A stretch of 35,480 nt of DNA, from positions 1-35,480 of the IMG/VR virus record IMGVR_UViG_3300044300_000526. One strand, given 5' to 3'. Below, one piece after another: positions 34,152 to 35,480 of the stretch. The notes under the pieces were generated by a model. It searched no databases, was not told the DNA's origin, and saw only the letters and a program-made list of their open reading frames with translations. Every line of letters begins with the position of its first letter. Position 1 is the first letter of the stretch. The DNA comes from a virus. Lineage: Duplodnaviria; Caudoviricetes. The translations under genes were made by a program, and so were the position numbers.

Positions 34152-35327
34152 TTAAGCGTTAGCTGGGTATGTTGTACCAAACGCAGCTGGCTTAGTAGTT
34201 GTACCTGCGAACAGTTCAACACAAGCTGCTGGGTTAAGGAAGTCGGCTCCCATAGCAAGTCTACCGAGAATCACGTCACCTTGATAGATTACGTTTATAT
34301 CTCCACTTGTTACCTGAACCTGTGGTCCCATTGCTTCTACTACACCTGCACCTTCTCTTTGGAAGATAAGTCCACAAGAGTTAGCAAAGTCAGTAGCGTT
34401 ACCATAGTTGTTGTTGATACCATCTACAGAAGCACGTCCGTCTTCAGTAGCTACGTCAACGAATGAACCTGTGTTTCCAGGATTCACTGTGTCAAGGTCA
34501 GTACCAGCTGCTGCACCTGAAGATGGAGCATACTTAGTACCGTACTTGCTGAAGAATGGTACGTTCATTGATTTGTAGATATGAATACCTGCAATCTCAA
34601 GAATACCTTCCCCGCTTTGTAATGCTGTACCCTGTACGTCTCTGTTAATCAAGTTGTTATTTGAACAATCTTTGATCAGTGCATAGTACTGACGTGGGTT
34701 AAGTACGGCAACCCGACCATCACCACTTACTCCTTTTTCATCAAGAGCTGCAGCTGCATCATAGAAAGCAGTTACTAGGGTAGATGCGGTTAATGCGTCA
34801 TCAGCATTAGAACCAGCTCCAACTTGGATCTGTGTTCCACCAGGCTCTACAAAGCTAGACTTTGTGATAGGGCTGGCTTGACGAGCACCTTTAGATACAG
34901 CTCTAAAGATTAGACGGTCATACTTCTCAGCGAGAGCGTAACCAATCTTCTTAGAGATCTCACCACGTAGGTCGTAGTGTGCTAAGGTTTCGTCTAGTTC
35001 ATACACGAAAGCAGAACTAATAAGTAGATCATCAATAGTGATGGTCTTTTCAGCTACTGGAGGTGCTCCATCGCTGTTACCAAGTATGGACCTGCCAGGA
35101 ACATGGTACTCAGCTGTGGTTCTACCTGTGTAGATGAACTGTAAACTCTTACCGTTTTTAAGAGTTCTCTTTGTTACAAGATCCCTTGCGATTGTATTAC
35201 GCTGGAATCCTTTGAACATTTCGCCACTAAACAGCTTAAGGTAAAGGGCTCTCGAATCTCCCGTGGAGTTCGATTGACCAGGCCGCGTCAGATCGGCTAA
35301 TGGTTCGTTACTATTTTGATGTGCCAT
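34152..35327 (-). CDS. Major capsid protein (T7 gp10-like)
   Basis: ALYLKLFSGE, RTLKNGKSLQF and EKTITIDDLL motifs. Confidence 0.97.
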   Translation of the reverse strand: MAHQNSNEPLADLTRPGQSNSTGDSRALYLKLFSGEMFKGFQRNTIARDLVTKRTLKNGKSLQFIYTGRTTAEYHVPGRSILGNSDGAPPVAEKTITIDDLLISSAFVYELDETLAHYDLRGEISKKIGYALAEKYDRLIFRAVSKGARQASPITKSSFVEPGGTQIQVGAGSNADDALTASTLVTAFYDAAAALDEKGVSGDGRVAVLNPRQYYALIKDCSNNNLINRDVQGTALQSGEGILEIAGIHIYKSMNVPFFSKYGTKYAPSSGAAAGTDLDTVNPGNTGSFVDVATEDGRASVDGINNNYGNATDFANSCGLIFQREGAGVVEAMGPQVQVTSGDINVIYQGDVILGRLAMGADFLNPAACVELFAGTTTKPAAFGTTYPANA

Positions 35328-35386
35328 TGTTATGGATAAAGTTTATATTGACTCTCTCTGTACAGAAATTAAAATTGAAATTTGTA

Positions 35387-35477
35387 GGTCTATCCCTACC
35401 GTCTAGACGGCAAAAGGTATCCAGCGTACTGGGCTTATGCCAATTACAGAGAGGTCCGACATTGAGGTGCCTCTCTG
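35387..35477 (-). other. Structured leader upstream of the capsid gene
   Basis: Hairpins CAGAGAG...CTCTCTG, CCAG-TACG-CTGG and CCGTC-TA-GACGG in series. Confidence 0.5.
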
Positions 35478-35480
35478 CTA

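Noticed and set aside
34106-34258. N-terminal extension of tail tube A, or a capsid frameshift fusion like T7 10B
   Set aside because: The extension crosses the terminator, is in the +1 rather than -1 frame, and I saw no convincing slippery site; the start at 34105 is more plausible.
604-34466. Numerous + strand and nested alternative-frame ORFs of 60-130 aa
   Set aside because: They are shadows of well-supported minus-strand genes with no recognisable motifs.

Overview
The window is about 35.5 kb of a T7-like marine cyanopodovirus genome (Autographiviridae, P-SSP7/Syn5-like, probably infecting Prochlorococcus or Synechococcus). All credible genes are on the minus strand. In gene direction the order is: major capsid, tail tube A/B, internal virion proteins gp13-16, two tail fibres, small late genes, terminase small and large subunits, a ~1.2 kb non-coding genome-end junction (8972-10185), early genes (HhH-like protein, C5-methyltransferase-like protein, endonuclease VII), RNA polymerase, SSB, endonuclease I, primase-helicase and the start of DNA polymerase. 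No host genes and no integrase are visible, so this is a circularly permuted or concatemeric assembly rather than a prophage. The most unusual part is the end junction. It holds two phased arrays (7 + 6 copies) plus one solitary copy of a palindrome matching the cyanobacterial LexA (SOS) box, seven copies of a second unexplained palindrome, and one canonical NtcA box. In addition, a strand-polarised Chi-like 11-mer recurs six times across the first-injected 9.6 kb. All calls are by eye from sequence and motif recognition; no searches were run.
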